Notes: generated by a model from the sequence alone, not told the origin. A stretch of 64,000 nucleotides of DNA from Deinococcales bacterium (GCA_013298595.1 JAAFIG010000006.1:5-64004), one strand, 5' to 3'; counted from the stretch's first letter, positions 50,212 through 61,319 are shown. Made by a program: numbers and translations.

Positions 50212-51528
50212 ATGTTTGAAACCCTAGGCAATAAACTCCAAGATATTTTCGATAAACTTCGTCAACGCGGCAAACTCAACGAAAACGATGTCAAAACCGC
50301 CTTGCGAGAAGTTCGTGTCGCCCTGCTCGAAGCCGATGTCAACTTTAGCGTCGCTAAAGATTTTGTGGCTCGAGTGCAAGAAAAAGCCGTTGGACAAGAA
50401 GTCCTTGGTAGCCTCACTCCAGGGCAACAGGTTATTAAAATTGTCTACGACGAACTGCGTGAAATGCTTGGTGGTGAAGCCAGCCAACCACTCTTAAAAA
50501 CTGAAGGTAACATCTGGTTTATGGTCGGCTTACAAGGTGCAGGTAAAACCACTACCACAGGTAAACTAGCGGCTTTTTACAAATCCAAAGGTCGTCGCCC
50601 CTTACTGGTAGCTGCCGACACCCAACGCCCCGCTGCTCGAGACCAACTCAAGGTACTAGGCACACAAGTTGGTGTACCTGTCCTCGAAGTTGCTGATAAC
50701 GAAGCCCCAACTACTACCAAAGCCAAACTCGAGGAATACCTTCGCAGTAACTTCCACGACCTGATTATTGTGGATACTGCAGGGCGATTACAAATCGACG
50801 AAACCCTGATGGATGCCCTTGCAGACCTAAAAACCCAATTACAACCCTCAGAAACTTTCTTGGTTGTAGATGCCATGACAGGACAAGAAGCCCTTAGTGT
50901 CTCCACTGCTTTTGACAGCCGCATTGGAGTATCAGGTTTAATCATGACCAAACTCGACGGCGACGCTCGAGGAGGCGCTGCCCTCTCCGCCCGAGCCGTC
51001 ACCGGCAAACCCATCATGTTCGCAGGTGTTTCCGAAAAAATCGGCGGACTCGAGCCATTCTACCCAGAACGAGTCGCCCAACGAATCCTCGGCATGGGAG
51101 ACGTATTAACCCTGATCGAAAAAGCCCAACAAGCCGACATCCAAGCCTTTGCACCAAAAAAACCCAACGAATTTGATTTCCAAGACTTACTCGAGCAACT
51201 CAAAAGCATTCAAAAAATGGGACCCATTGGCGACCTCGTCAAAATGATTCCAGGCATGAGCCGAATGCTCCCAGCTGACCTCAACGTAGACGAAAAACAA
51301 TTCAAACGCATCGAAGCCATGATTCAAAGCATGACCCCAAAAGAACGCCGCAACCCAAAAATCATAGATGGGCAACGCCGCAAACGCATCGCCAACGGCA
51401 GCGGCAACAGTGTTCAAGAACTCAACAGGTTAATTAAAATGTACGACCAAATGAAAGACATGATGAAGCTCATGCGTGGCAGCAAAGGACGGGGGCTGCA
51501 ACAAATGATGGGACGGATGAAAGGATAA
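50212..51528 (+). CDS. ffh: Signal recognition particle protein
   Basis: [32 protein letters not shown]-domain. Confidence 0.98.
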   Translation: MFETLGNKLQDIFDKLRQRGKLNENDVKTALREVRVALLEADVNFSVAKDFVARVQEKAVGQEVLGSLTPGQQVIKIVYDELREMLGGEASQPLLKTEGNIWFMVGLQGAGKTTTTGKLAAFYKSKGRRPLLVAADTQRPAARDQLKVLGTQVGVPVLEVADNEAPTTTKAKLEEYLRSNFHDLIIVDTAGRLQIDETLMDALADLKTQLQPSETFLVVDAMTGQEALSVSTAFDSRIGVSGLIMTKLDGDARGGAALSARAVTGKPIMFAGVSEKIGGLEPFYPERVAQRILGMGDVLTLIEKAQQADIQAFAPKKPNEFDFQDLLEQLKSIQKMGPIGDLVKMIPGMSRMLPADLNVDEKQFKRIEAMIQSMTPKERRNPKIIDGQRRKRIANGSGNSVQELNRLIKMYDQMKDMMKLMRGSKGRGLQQMMGRMKG

Positions 51529-51541
51529 ACTTGTTCAAGCC

Positions 51542-51587
51542 TAACAAAATCATCCCTCGAGCAATTGCTCGAGGGATGATTTTGTTA
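51542..51587. terminator. Perfect 46 bp palindrome, likely bidirectional terminator
   Basis: TAACAAAATCATCCCTCGAGCAATTGCTCGAGGGATGATTTTGTTA between convergent genes. Confidence 0.8.
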
Positions 51588-51616
51588 AGTGGCAGAATTT
51601 TCAGTAAAAGTCTTTA

Positions 51617-53653
51617 CTAGAGCTTAGCGACTGACTGCCCAGTTACTATCGAGTAAATATCCCCATTGGTCATGTTCTGGAACTGAGAGGTCAAACTCCA
51701 TAACCCAGAAGCATTAAAAGAATACCTAATAGCATTCGTTGTACTTGCCACATTAACACCTGCCAGTGATGTATTAGCTGAGAATAAAACACCTGCTGGA
51801 CCACTTAAAGCATGGAGTCCTGTATAGTTATCCACACCATTAAAACCATTTGTATTAAAAGTTGCTGCACCAGGGGTTAATTTATCACCAACGTTATCCA
51901 CTAAATCATCGATAATCCGAGAGTATGGATTGCTAGTGGAAGGATCCCGATTTAGCCGAACTTTAATTTCTTGAATATTTCGATTTTTGCCTGTATCTTC
52001 AAGAACTAAACGCATTGTGTAATCGCCATCAGGCAGGAAAGGTGTACCATTTGCATTAAAACTAAGTACAATTCTTGCTGCAGTAACAGGCGGAATGAAC
52101 GCTTGGTATTGCTCAAGAGCATTTACAGGACCGTTATTCACTGTACACGAATCACAAGTCATTCTCAATTCAGCGAACGTAATACCAGCGTTATCGCTTA
52201 TATCCGCTGCTAAATATCCAACAGATTGCCGAAAAGTGGGTAAAACAGATTGTTGCTCATTCATACGTAATGGAGCAATAATTATTGCTGCAGGTGGTGA
52301 TTCATTAGCATTATTGTTACGAATAACAATCTGTTCAGTTAATGTATCTGTCGTCGTATTTGCGTCGACAATGACAGATACTGTTGCTCTTATCGTATAA
52401 AAGTCATTCGGAATTGCACTTAAATCGAATGTACTTGTTTCAAATAATTTTGTATCTCCAGGGTTAGTAGTTAAAACAAATTTAGTTTCGACAATCGTAC
52501 CTCGGTAGTCAATCAGATCTACTTTAAGCGAACCACAATTCGCAGGCAAAGTAGCTGCCGCACATTGTCCAGCACTAGCATAGCTGAAAGTACTTGCGCG
52601 ACGACGCAAATTGACTGATACAGAAGTTGGACCACTAACATTAGCATTATTATTTGGTGATGCAATAGATAAAACTGGACCCTGAATATTATTGACTGTT
52701 GTTAACACGGCATTTGATGTTGTACTCAAACCACTTTTATCAACAGCAACTGCTTTTAACTCAAGTGAACCATTCTCATACGCTAAAGTATCCAAGGCAA
52801 AGGAAACACTTGGCGCACCACCTTGCGGCGTTTGAGAAGCCACAGGGTTATTATTAGCAATCAAAGTCACTTTATCAATTCCACCTGCATCACTAGCATT
52901 GACTGTGACAATTCGAGTACCACTAATTGTAGCCCCTGCAGAAGGACTAGCAATACCAACGGTTGGTGGAGTACCATCTCCAGTAATCTTATTGACAGAT
53001 ACCAACACAGTGTATTTAGCAATGTTACCAGCTGTATCAACCACACCAAAAACAACTGCAAAAGGTGTAGATTCTGTTGGTATAATTTCAACTTGGGCTT
53101 TATTACCACCTGCTTGTGCAATTCGTACACCGTCTTTTTCAATGAATGTCTGGAGAATATCTGTTCCACTACTCGAGATTTGCAATAACGCTTTACTATC
53201 GAGTGTTAGCGTAGTTGCAAAAGATGTTCCTGTGCCTGGATCAAATGTTGTTCCACCAACTTGTAAGCTTGTTGCCACAGGTGGCAAACTATCCACTGTT
53301 ACAACTTTGCTTGTTGAGCCTTGCAAATTGGCTGTATTTGTTGCCACTGCACGCAACTCTGGTGAACCAGCTACGCTCGAGTAAGAACAAGCTGTGCGGT
53401 ATAATGTGCCACTTGTAACTTGGTTGCCACCATTAAAGCATTGCACATCGGTGACACGATTGCGGTCACTCGAGGTCACTTCTGCAATAAAATTAGCTGG
53501 TACGACATTATTTGATGCTGGAATAACAATATTACTTGCTGTGTTTCGGAAACTAACAAACGAGATAGTTGGTGGACTAGCGGGCAAAACAGGTGCTTGA
53601 CAAGCAACAGCGGCTGTGAGTATTAAAAATGGTAGAAATTTACATAACTTCAT
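51617..53653 (-). CDS. Multi Ig-like-domain lipoprotein
   Basis: Lipobox AVAC; PTV.I.SP..GA...G Ig-like repeats. Confidence 0.8.
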   Translation of the reverse strand: MKLCKFLPFLILTAAVACQAPVLPASPPTISFVSFRNTASNIVIPASNNVVPANFIAEVTSSDRNRVTDVQCFNGGNQVTSGTLYRTACSYSSVAGSPELRAVATNTANLQGSTSKVVTVDSLPPVATSLQVGGTTFDPGTGTSFATTLTLDSKALLQISSSGTDILQTFIEKDGVRIAQAGGNKAQVEIIPTESTPFAVVFGVVDTAGNIAKYTVLVSVNKITGDGTPPTVGIASPSAGATISGTRIVTVNASDAGGIDKVTLIANNNPVASQTPQGGAPSVSFALDTLAYENGSLELKAVAVDKSGLSTTSNAVLTTVNNIQGPVLSIASPNNNANVSGPTSVSVNLRRRASTFSYASAGQCAAATLPANCGSLKVDLIDYRGTIVETKFVLTTNPGDTKLFETSTFDLSAIPNDFYTIRATVSVIVDANTTTDTLTEQIVIRNNNANESPPAAIIIAPLRMNEQQSVLPTFRQSVGYLAADISDNAGITFAELRMTCDSCTVNNGPVNALEQYQAFIPPVTAARIVLSFNANGTPFLPDGDYTMRLVLEDTGKNRNIQEIKVRLNRDPSTSNPYSRIIDDLVDNVGDKLTPGAATFNTNGFNGVDNYTGLHALSGPAGVLFSANTSLAGVNVASTTNAIRYSFNASGLWSLTSQFQNMTNGDIYSIVTGQSVAKL

Positions 53654-53676
53654 AGAACTCCTCAAAAGTATTTGGA

Positions 53677-54237
53677 TTAATTACCTATACTACATGGTAG
53701 ACACGCAATTGATTGGACTTCTTGCCATTGAAAATCAACACCATTCGCATTTCGCGCAAAAAATGTAATCCTTGCTCGCCAGCCACCAGGGAATTGTCCT
53801 GTTGCGACTACTCTATCCATATACTTAAAGCCTGCTTCTTGTGTGAAAAAATCAACGGGATTGACTGATTTCACAATCGCCCCAGGAGTAAACTGGCATT
53901 TTCCTTTATCATCACATGTTTCGCCTGCGGAGACAAAAATATTGAGTGTTTGTGGCTTTGGAGCCACGTTGATCGGATTACCACTTTGGTCTTCAAACTG
54001 AACCTCAAATCCTGTGACTGTAGCAGCCATTGAACCAGTATCTGCTTGAAAAGAAACAGTTTGTGATTTTGTAGTAACACTTACCAGTTGTTTTGAAGGA
54101 CTATAGGAACCCTCGAAAGTAATTTGTGGTATCTGTGCTCGGATTTTTGCTGTGGGAAGAAAATTTATTTGGTCAAGTGAGCAACCCGTTATTGATACGG
54201 CTGCGGCTGCTAGTAATGCGAGAAACTTTGCTTTCAT
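53677..54237 (-). CDS. Lipoprotein, unknown function
   Basis: Lipobox ITGC; two Cys pairs. Confidence 0.75.
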   Translation of the reverse strand: MKAKFLALLAAAAVSITGCSLDQINFLPTAKIRAQIPQITFEGSYSPSKQLVSVTTKSQTVSFQADTGSMAATVTGFEVQFEDQSGNPINVAPKPQTLNIFVSAGETCDDKGKCQFTPGAIVKSVNPVDFFTQEAGFKYMDRVVATGQFPGGWRARITFFARNANGVDFQWQEVQSIACLPCSIGN

Positions 54238-54902
54238 TCTTCGTCCTCCTTGAGGGCTTTGAGGTGCGGATTTAAGATGTAAAACGCTAATCGTTTCATT
54301 CCTGCCATGAAATCCACTTGCTCGACAGCTACTTCTTCTGAGACTTCGAGCACAGTTGGTGCGAAATTTAGAATACCACGAACTCCTACCTTGACGAGTG
54401 CATCTGCGGCATCTTGGGCTTTATCTACTGGCACAGTAATAAAAGCCATGTCTACACCGTGTGTTCTTACACAGGTCTCGAGGTCGTTTATATGTTGCAC
54501 AGTGATGCCGTGGAATTGCATCCCCACTTTGTGGGGGTCAATGTCGAATAATCCTTTTAACTCGAATTCATACAGGTTTGACTCCATGTATCCTGGGTAA
54601 TCTGCGAGGGCTTGTCCGAGTCGTCCCATGCCTACAATGACACAGTTCCAACGACGATTTAATCCGAGGATGCGTTGTAATTCGCGGCGTAAGGTGAGTA
54701 CGGTGTAACCCATACCTCGAGTGCCGAAGCGTCCGAAGTAGGCGAGGTCTTTGCGAACTTGAAAGGCAGAAACTTGGGCTTCTTCGGCGAGGAGATCGCT
54801 TGAGGTGCGATTTGTTCCATTTTTTTCGAGGTTTGTGAGAATACGCAGGTATATGACCAGTCTCGAGATGGTGGCGTTGGGGATGCTGAGTGGTGGTTTC
54901 AT
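54234..54902 (-). CDS. rex: Redox-sensing repressor Rex
   Basis: IP.ATISRL..YLR, QVRKDLAYFG.FG.RG.GY, VGMGRLG.AL, ILNFAP. Confidence 0.96.
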   Translation of the reverse strand: MKPPLSIPNATISRLVIYLRILTNLEKNGTNRTSSDLLAEEAQVSAFQVRKDLAYFGRFGTRGMGYTVLTLRRELQRILGLNRRWNCVIVGMGRLGQALADYPGYMESNLYEFELKGLFDIDPHKVGMQFHGITVQHINDLETCVRTHGVDMAFITVPVDKAQDAADALVKVGVRGILNFAPTVLEVSEEVAVEQVDFMAGMKRLAFYILNPHLKALKEDEE

Positions 54903-55984
54903 AGGGTCACAATAAATGAGGTAAAGCCTTGGGTTTTGAGTTCCGATTGCATATCTTGAATTTGTGGGGTGCTGAAAGGTCCTACGAGAACTCGGAGTAA
55001 GCCGCTGCTGGTGTTTTTGAGCAAGGTTTTGAAACCAGCAGTTCTGAGTTTTGTCAGGAGTGGCTCGGCGCTACGGCTATCTTTGAAAGCTCCAACTTGT
55101 AAGTAAGCTATTTCGGCTGTTAGGGTAGCTGGCTGACTGCCTCCTCCACTTGGTTTTGTGGTACTCGGTTTTGTGGTACTTGGTTTAAGGGCAGCTGTTT
55201 CTCGAGTGCCATCTGGGTTATATAAAATTGCATCAGGGAAGACTTGGCGTACTTTTGTTAATGCGGTTCGGGCATTGTTTTCTCGAGCGTATGGTCCGAT
55301 AACGACCACATAATTTTTACCACTTGAAAAGGCTTGGCTTGGTAAGCCTCGAGCACGAAGTTGAGCAACGGCTCGGTCGGCACTTTCACGGCGAGTATAA
55401 GAGCCAGCAGCAACTCGGTAATTGCGTAAGAAATCGGCGCGGTTGTAATTGCCTGCGTTGCTTGAAGTGTTTGTTGCTGCATTTGGTTTGCTTGAGGTGG
55501 TATTTTCGGGTTTTGATGCTGGATTTTGTGTGTTTTGAGTTGCAGTTACAGGTTTTGTTGGTTTGGTTATTGCAGCACTTGAGCTGGTTGTTTGAGGACT
55601 CGAGTTAACTTCTGGGGCAGTGGGAATATTAGGCGCATTGATGGCTGGTTTTTGAGTTGGTTTTTCTGGTGTGGTACTTGGTTTCACTACTGGCTGAGTT
55701 GATGTTGTTTGCACGGCTGTTGCTGGGGTTGTTGTTTGCGTTGGCGCTTCAGGAGTAGAAATAGGTGTTGCCGCTGTGGTGTTACTCGAGGTTGGTGTTT
55801 CTGGGGTGGTTGTCCCTGTTGGAGCGGGAATGGTTGTAATTGCTGGGGTCGGTGTGGCAGCATTATTTTGGGTATTACCAACGAACACACCTCCGCGAAG
55901 GAGCAGTGTTAAGAAGCCACCAACAACAGCAAGGATCAACCCTCCCATCAGTAAATCAACCCAGTTGCGTTTAAGCCAGTCCAT
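54899..55984 (-). CDS. Membrane-anchored protein with two SPOR domains
   Basis: N-terminal TM, Pro/Thr-rich linker, YRVAAGSY..VIGPY and LQVGAF..VLVGPF. Confidence 0.88.
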   Translation of the reverse strand: MDWLKRNWVDLLMGGLILAVVGGFLTLLLRGGVFVGNTQNNAATPTPAITTIPAPTGTTTPETPTSSNTTAATPISTPEAPTQTTTPATAVQTTSTQPVVKPSTTPEKPTQKPAINAPNIPTAPEVNSSPQTTSSSAAITKPTKPVTATQNTQNPASKPENTTSSKPNAATNTSSNAGNYNRADFLRNYRVAAGSYTRRESADRAVAQLRARGLPSQAFSSGKNYVVVIGPYARENNARTALTKVRQVFPDAILYNPDGTRETAALKPSTTKPSTTKPSGGGSQPATLTAEIAYLQVGAFKDSRSAEPLLTKLRTAGFKTLLKNTSSGLLRVLVGPFSTPQIQDMQSELKTQGFTSFIVTL

Positions 55985-55995
55985 ATGTGTCTCCG

Positions 55996-57561
55996 TTAGA
56001 GTTTCTTGAGTAAATCTTTAGCAGCTTGATTACCAAGATTAGCTGATGTTTGTAAAGCTTTCTTCCCTTCAGCTACTTTACCTTGATTCAGTAATGCTAA
56101 GCCAAGGTTAAACCAAGCCTCGGCGTTGTTTGGTGCAACTTTGACAACAGCTCGAGCCACTGTCACTGCATCAGCAAAACGTTTCGCTCCGATATACGCA
56201 GCACTGAGTGCCACACGATACTCGAGGTTATTGGGGACAAGTTTGATTGCTTCGATCAGGATTTCGATAGCCGCAGTGTAATCTCGGCGTTGCACCAAAC
56301 ATAAACCTAACCAGTATTTATACTCGGCATTGCCAGCTTCTTGGGTGACTAAAGTGCGAAATTCGCTGGTGGCTTCGCGGTACAAACCTGCCAAGTAGGC
56401 ACTGCGTGCAGCCACGAAACGCGCTGCACTGACTCGAGCAGGATTACTCGAGAGTAAACGAATCGCATTTTGGGCATTGGTATAAGCAGCACGGTGATTG
56501 CCCAATAAACTTTGGGCATTGGCTAATCCAAGTTGGACTTCACCGTCACCAGAACGCAGTTTATCGGCTGCTTTAAATTGATCTAATGCCAGTTTTGCAT
56601 TGGGTTTTGTTCCCGCCAGTAAAGCAGAACCATACGCAAACCGAGCTTCAAACAATGTACCATCGGCAGTCACGGATTGACGTAAAGTTTCGATAGAAGC
56701 ATCGGTTTTACCAAGTGCCGATTCAATTAAACCACGTTTCAAAAGCAACAAAGCCCGGTCTTTTGGCGCAGCAATAACAGCTAGGGAACGATTTAATTCG
56801 CGTAAAGCCCGATCTAATTGTTTTTCTTTTTCGTAAACACTAGCAATCAGCCAAGCTGCTGCCACATCTGCACGGTTCTTAGCCAACACCCGATTAACAA
56901 CCTCGAGCGCTTCTGCATTTTTACCACCATCAAATAAAGCTTGGGCTTCGGAAACTTGTAAAGCCGTTTCGGTTGGTGCAAATTCCTGAGCGGCTTTGAA
57001 GGCAGCGGCGGCTCCCAAAAAATCATTTTTAATCAGAAGCTGACCAGCTAAAGCCACATTAGCATCACGCTGAAAACCAGCATCTAATTTGGCACTACCC
57101 GCTAATTGCACAGCCGAACGAAACGCAGCAATCGCTTCGTCCGTCCGACGAATACGTGCCTGCACCACACCTAATTGATAAAACCCAGAGGCATTATCTG
57201 GAAAAAGTTTTGTCAATTGCGAATACTCAAGTATCGCTGCATCGTAATCATTGAGTTCGTAATACACTTGCCCCAGTAAAAACCGAGCTGAGAAATTCTT
57301 ACCATCTAAATTACTGGCATTCTCGAGGTTATCTCGGGCAGCTTGTAATAACACTTGGGAACGTTGTGCCCGACCAAGACAAAGCTGTGCTTCACCTAGC
57401 CGAACCAAGGCATCCACATTCTGCGGATTTTTGGTCACCTCGGCTTGTAATGGTGTGACACTGGCACAACCAGACGAGGACGACGCAGTTTGAGCCACAG
57501 CGCCTTGCAACGCTGCAACACCAAGAACCGCAACTAGCAGGTGCAAATGATTGAATCGCAT
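55996..57561 (-). CDS. Exported TPR protein
   Basis: Signal peptide and many TPR motifs; TATGAT 7 nt before ATG 57561. Confidence 0.88.
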   Translation of the reverse strand: MRFNHLHLLVAVLGVAALQGAVAQTASSSSGCASVTPLQAEVTKNPQNVDALVRLGEAQLCLGRAQRSQVLLQAARDNLENASNLDGKNFSARFLLGQVYYELNDYDAAILEYSQLTKLFPDNASGFYQLGVVQARIRRTDEAIAAFRSAVQLAGSAKLDAGFQRDANVALAGQLLIKNDFLGAAAAFKAAQEFAPTETALQVSEAQALFDGGKNAEALEVVNRVLAKNRADVAAAWLIASVYEKEKQLDRALRELNRSLAVIAAPKDRALLLLKRGLIESALGKTDASIETLRQSVTADGTLFEARFAYGSALLAGTKPNAKLALDQFKAADKLRSGDGEVQLGLANAQSLLGNHRAAYTNAQNAIRLLSSNPARVSAARFVAARSAYLAGLYREATSEFRTLVTQEAGNAEYKYWLGLCLVQRRDYTAAIEILIEAIKLVPNNLEYRVALSAAYIGAKRFADAVTVARAVVKVAPNNAEAWFNLGLALLNQGKVAEGKKALQTSANLGNQAAKDLLKKL

Positions 57562-57680
57562 CTTTGGAATCATACCACAAGCATTTCACAAGCAAGCAAG
57601 GTCGTCCGCCAAACAGCAAAACCAACCCCATTCTAATAAATCATGTGCCACAAGCAGCACAAGTTCTAATACAAGTTAAT

Positions 57681-58601
57681 TCAGCGCTGACCACGTTGAT
57701 ACGGCAACCCAAGAGCGGCTGGTGCGGTGCCTCGAGATTTTCGTCGCAGTGCTCCAAGCGCTAGTGCCAAAATAACAGATAGGTAAGGCATCATTTTTAA
57801 TAAAGCGGGATTAATGCTTTCTTGTAAACGAAATTGTAAATGGTACAAACCACCAAAGAAAAGTGCGCCGCCAATAGCCCCGAGTGGATTCCAAGCCGCG
57901 AAAATAGCGATACTGACCGCCACCCAACCCAAACCACCAGTCATACCTTCTGTCCAAGATGGGCGATACGCCACACTTAAAAACGCCCCACCAATCCCTG
58001 CCAGCGCCCCACCCAGCATTGTGCAAACATACCGAGTCAAAACCACATTGACCCCAAGTGCATCGGCAGCCGCAGGATTTTCGCCAATTGAACGAATTTG
58101 AATACCGACTCGAGTTTTAAATAGCACCACCCATAAAAGTATGCCAACAAGAATACCTGCATACGTTAATGGGTTCTGATCGGTAAACACCGCTTTACCC
58201 AGAATCGGAATACTCGAGAGACCAGGCACGGAAATATTCTCGAGTTGAGTAAATAAAGGTAAGCCTTCAAAGCGTTTGCCCAGCACCCCTGATAAACCCA
58301 AACCCAACATGGTTAAGGCTAAACCAGATACAAATTGATTAGCTTTTAAAGTAATCGAAACAAAAGCATGCAGCCCTGCCGCTAGCGCCCCTACCAGTGC
58401 TGCTGCTGCAATTGCCAGCAACGCATTACCTGAGGTTTGCATCACTGCAAAGCCAGCTAAAGCCCCCAGAATCATCATGCCTTCCATACCAAGATTAACC
58501 ACGCCAGAACGTTCGGATAGCACTGCACCCAAAGCACCCCATAAAAGAATGGTGCCAAAGGCGAGTGAACGAGCAAAAGTTGAGATAAAAATTTCTTCCA
58601 T
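57681..58601 (-). CDS. ABC transporter permease (nucleoside/sugar type)
   Basis: SERSGVVNLGMEG, GENPAAADALG. Confidence 0.92.
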   Translation of the reverse strand: MEEIFISTFARSLAFGTILLWGALGAVLSERSGVVNLGMEGMMILGALAGFAVMQTSGNALLAIAAAALVGALAAGLHAFVSITLKANQFVSGLALTMLGLGLSGVLGKRFEGLPLFTQLENISVPGLSSIPILGKAVFTDQNPLTYAGILVGILLWVVLFKTRVGIQIRSIGENPAAADALGVNVVLTRYVCTMLGGALAGIGGAFLSVAYRPSWTEGMTGGLGWVAVSIAIFAAWNPLGAIGGALFFGGLYHLQFRLQESINPALLKMMPYLSVILALALGALRRKSRGTAPAALGLPYQRGQR

Positions 58602-58650
58602 AAGATTTTAGTTGTTAGCAACTAGCTCCTAGCGTTTTATTGACTCAAGA

Positions 58651-58713
58651 GAGAGGCGTGCCTTTCCCCTATGGGGTTTATTGGTATTGGTCAAGGCACT
58701 CCTTGACCCTACG
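58651..58713 (-). repeat. Two REP-like palindromes between permease genes
   Basis: GAGAGGCGTGCCTTTCCCCTAT and GGTCAAGGCACTCCTTGACCCTACG (GTAG on the minus strand). Confidence 0.55.
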
Positions 58714-58722
58714 GTTTTACCT

Positions 58723-59808
58723 TCATCTTGCATCCTTCACCAGCTTTACTTGCTCGAGCTTGACTCGGAATTTAACCAGTGGTTCAGTCGCAATCAGTAA
58801 CATCAGAACCGTACCATTAAAAATGTTTGTGGTGTTTGCAGGCAGTTGTAACGAAACTTTCATCACATCACCAGCGGCAAAAGAAATACCAAGAAATAAC
58901 GCCGTAAAAATAGCAGCAATCGGACTACCTCGAGCCAACCATGCCACAATAATCGCGGTGTACCCGTAGCCAAGCGAGATTTGTCCAGGCTCGAGCAATT
59001 TGCCATGAATGCCAGCCACTTCGCCCACCCCCGCTAAACCAGCTGCGCCAGCCGAGAACATCACCACCCATAACGTGGTGCTAACAGCGTTAATACCAAC
59101 ATAACGGGCTGTGGCGATACTTTCGCCTAAAATTCGCATACGAAAACCAAGGCGGGTTCTCGAGAGAACAACCGCAACAAAGACAGCCAGAATCAAACCC
59201 AATAGTAAAGTTGGAATATGAATGTAACTCGAGCCAAGAAGTGGTAAACGAGCAGCCGCAGGGAAATCATCGGTGTAGGAAAAACCCACTTGATTCTGTC
59301 CTTTCCACGGACCTGTAATTAAATACTCGATCAGGGTAGCTGCCACATAATTCAGCATTAACGTGGTAATCACTTCGTTAACCTCGAGTTTGAGTTTCAG
59401 AATGGCAGGAATAAAACCCCAGATTGCCCCCGCTATAAACCCTGCCAGAAACATGATTGGAATGGTCAAAAACCCCAGCGAAGGCAAAAATAACGCCACG
59501 GCTGAACCAGCCACAGCACCCACCAACAACTGCCCTTCGGCACCAATATTAAAAAATTGTGCACGAAACGCCAGCACCAACCCAACACCAATCAAGACCA
59601 AAGGAATAGCCCGTTGAATGACTCGAGACCAACCATCCCAATCGCCAAGGGTTCGACTTGCCAGTGTGGCATACGCCGAAAAAGGATTTAAGCCAGCCAC
59701 TAAAAACACCACGCCAAGCACAAGTAATGCCACAAAAATCGAAGCTGCCGAAAGCATCAGCAGCCAACTGATCGGTGGTGTAGGACGCGGCTCGAGCACT
59801 ATTTTCAT
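58723..59808 (-). CDS. ABC transporter permease (nucleoside/sugar type)
   Basis: FNIGAEGQ, NEVITTLMLNYVA, GYGYTAIIVAWL. Confidence 0.92.
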   Translation of the reverse strand: MKIVLEPRPTPPISWLLMLSAASIFVALLVLGVVFLVAGLNPFSAYATLASRTLGDWDGWSRVIQRAIPLVLIGVGLVLAFRAQFFNIGAEGQLLVGAVAGSAVALFLPSLGFLTIPIMFLAGFIAGAIWGFIPAILKLKLEVNEVITTLMLNYVAATLIEYLITGPWKGQNQVGFSYTDDFPAAARLPLLGSSYIHIPTLLLGLILAVFVAVVLSRTRLGFRMRILGESIATARYVGINAVSTTLWVVMFSAGAAGLAGVGEVAGIHGKLLEPGQISLGYGYTAIIVAWLARGSPIAAIFTALFLGISFAAGDVMKVSLQLPANTTNIFNGTVLMLLIATEPLVKFRVKLEQVKLVKDAR

Positions 59809-61319
59809 ACTGTCACCAGTTCACGACCCGCCATTAGTAAACCAATACCCTCTCGAGTTGCCGCATCCCGTTTCACCACTCCCATTAAACGCCCATCGAA
59901 CAACACAGCCACTCGAGTAGACAAGGCTAAAACCTCATCTAAATCCTCGGAAACCAGCAACACCGCCGCGCCAGCAGCAGCTCGCTCGAGGAGTAAACGC
60001 TGCATCTGAGCTGTGGCACCAGCATCTAAACCGTAAGTCGGATGAGCAGCCACAATCAATTTAGGATTGGTTGATAATTCTCGAGCAAAAATCACTTTTT
60101 GAATATTGCCACCCGATAACAACCGCACAGGCGTTTGGGTGTTCGGCGTAGCAATCTCGTACTCAGCAACAGCTTTTTGTGCAAACGATTCAAACGCGGC
60201 TGGCTCGAGAAATTGCCCATTGGAAAACACAGGGGTTTCAAACCCACGCAAAGCCAGATTCTCAGCCACACTTAAATTCCCAACCACACCCATCTGCAAA
60301 CGATCCTCGGGAATATGTGCCACACCAGCATCCGCCGCCACTCGAGCATTGACATTGGTCAGATTGGTTTGCTCTAACATAACCAAACCAGCTGTAACAC
60401 CACGCAAACCAGTGATGACTTCAATCAATTCACGCTGACCATTACCCGCCACACCAGCCACACCCAAAACCTCACCCGCACACACCTCGAGCGAAATATT
60501 TTCAATCGCAGGCACACCACGATCCGATAGTGCCGACACATTTTCAAGCCGCAACACCGACGCGCCAACCTGCACAGCACTGGCACGCACAGGCTCGAGT
60601 TGCCGCCCAATCATTAAAGCCGCTAAATCAGTCGGATTGGTCTGTGAAGTCTCGAGTGAACCAACCACTTTCCCCTTACGCAACACTGTAATCCGATCCG
60701 CCACCGCCATCACCTCATCAAGTTTATGGGTAATCAAAATAACACCCTCACCCTCGAGTTTCATCCGCCGCAACACCTTAAATAACTCCTCGGCTTCCTG
60801 CGGCGTTAACACACTGGTCGGCTCATCCAGAATCAGCACTTTTGCCCCTCGAGCCAAGGCTTTGAGAATATCCACCCGCTGTTGCTCACCTGCCGATAAA
60901 CTCCAGACAGGTGCATCGGGATTAACTTCCAAACCATACTTCTTGCTCAACTCGAAAATTTTAGAACGCACCTTCGGCACAGGATTCCAAAACGAACCCC
61001 GCATGCCAAGCGCAATATTTTCCGCCACGGTATGCCGCCGCACCAACAACGGATGTTGCGCCACAAAACCAATCCCCAAACCAATAGCAGCGAGCGGCGA
61101 ACGAATACTCACCTCGCGCCCAGCCACCTTAATCAGACCAGCATCAGGACGATACAAACCATACAAAACATTCATTAAACTGCTCTTGCCCGCCCCATTC
61201 TCACCCAGCAGCGCCAGCACCTCACCAGCCCGCAACTCGAGATTCACTGAATCGTTTGCCACCACCCCAGGAAAGGATTTGGTAATTCCCAGCATTTCAA
61301 CAAGTGGCGCAGCTATCAT
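59805..61319 (-). CDS. ABC transporter ATP-binding protein with two ATPase domains
   Basis: GENGAGKS, LILDEPT, ITHKL, LSGGNIQK. Confidence 0.95.
   Translation of the reverse strand: MIAAPLVEMLGITKSFPGVVANDSVNLELRAGEVLALLGENGAGKSSLMNVLYGLYRPDAGLIKVAGREVSIRSPLAAIGLGIGFVAQHPLLVRRHTVAENIALGMRGSFWNPVPKVRSKIFELSKKYGLEVNPDAPVWSLSAGEQQRVDILKALARGAKVLILDEPTSVLTPQEAEELFKVLRRMKLEGEGVILITHKLDEVMAVADRITVLRKGKVVGSLETSQTNPTDLAALMIGRQLEPVRASAVQVGASVLRLENVSALSDRGVPAIENISLEVCAGEVLGVAGVAGNGQRELIEVITGLRGVTAGLVMLEQTNLTNVNARVAADAGVAHIPEDRLQMGVVGNLSVAENLALRGFETPVFSNGQFLEPAAFESFAQKAVAEYEIATPNTQTPVRLLSGGNIQKVIFARELSTNPKLIVAAHPTYGLDAGATAQMQRLLLERAAAGAAVLLVSEDLDEVLALSTRVAVLFDGRLMGVVKRDAATREGIGLLMAGRELVTV

Noticed and set aside
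48349-55186. Short coding repeats (21 bp LEAQ heptad near 48350; 15 bp KPSTT near 55150)
   Set aside because: Ordinary coiled-coil and low-complexity linker repeats.
57574-57600. Rex operator upstream of the TPR-SPOR-rex operon
   Set aside because: Only one TTGTGAA half-site is present, not the full palindrome.
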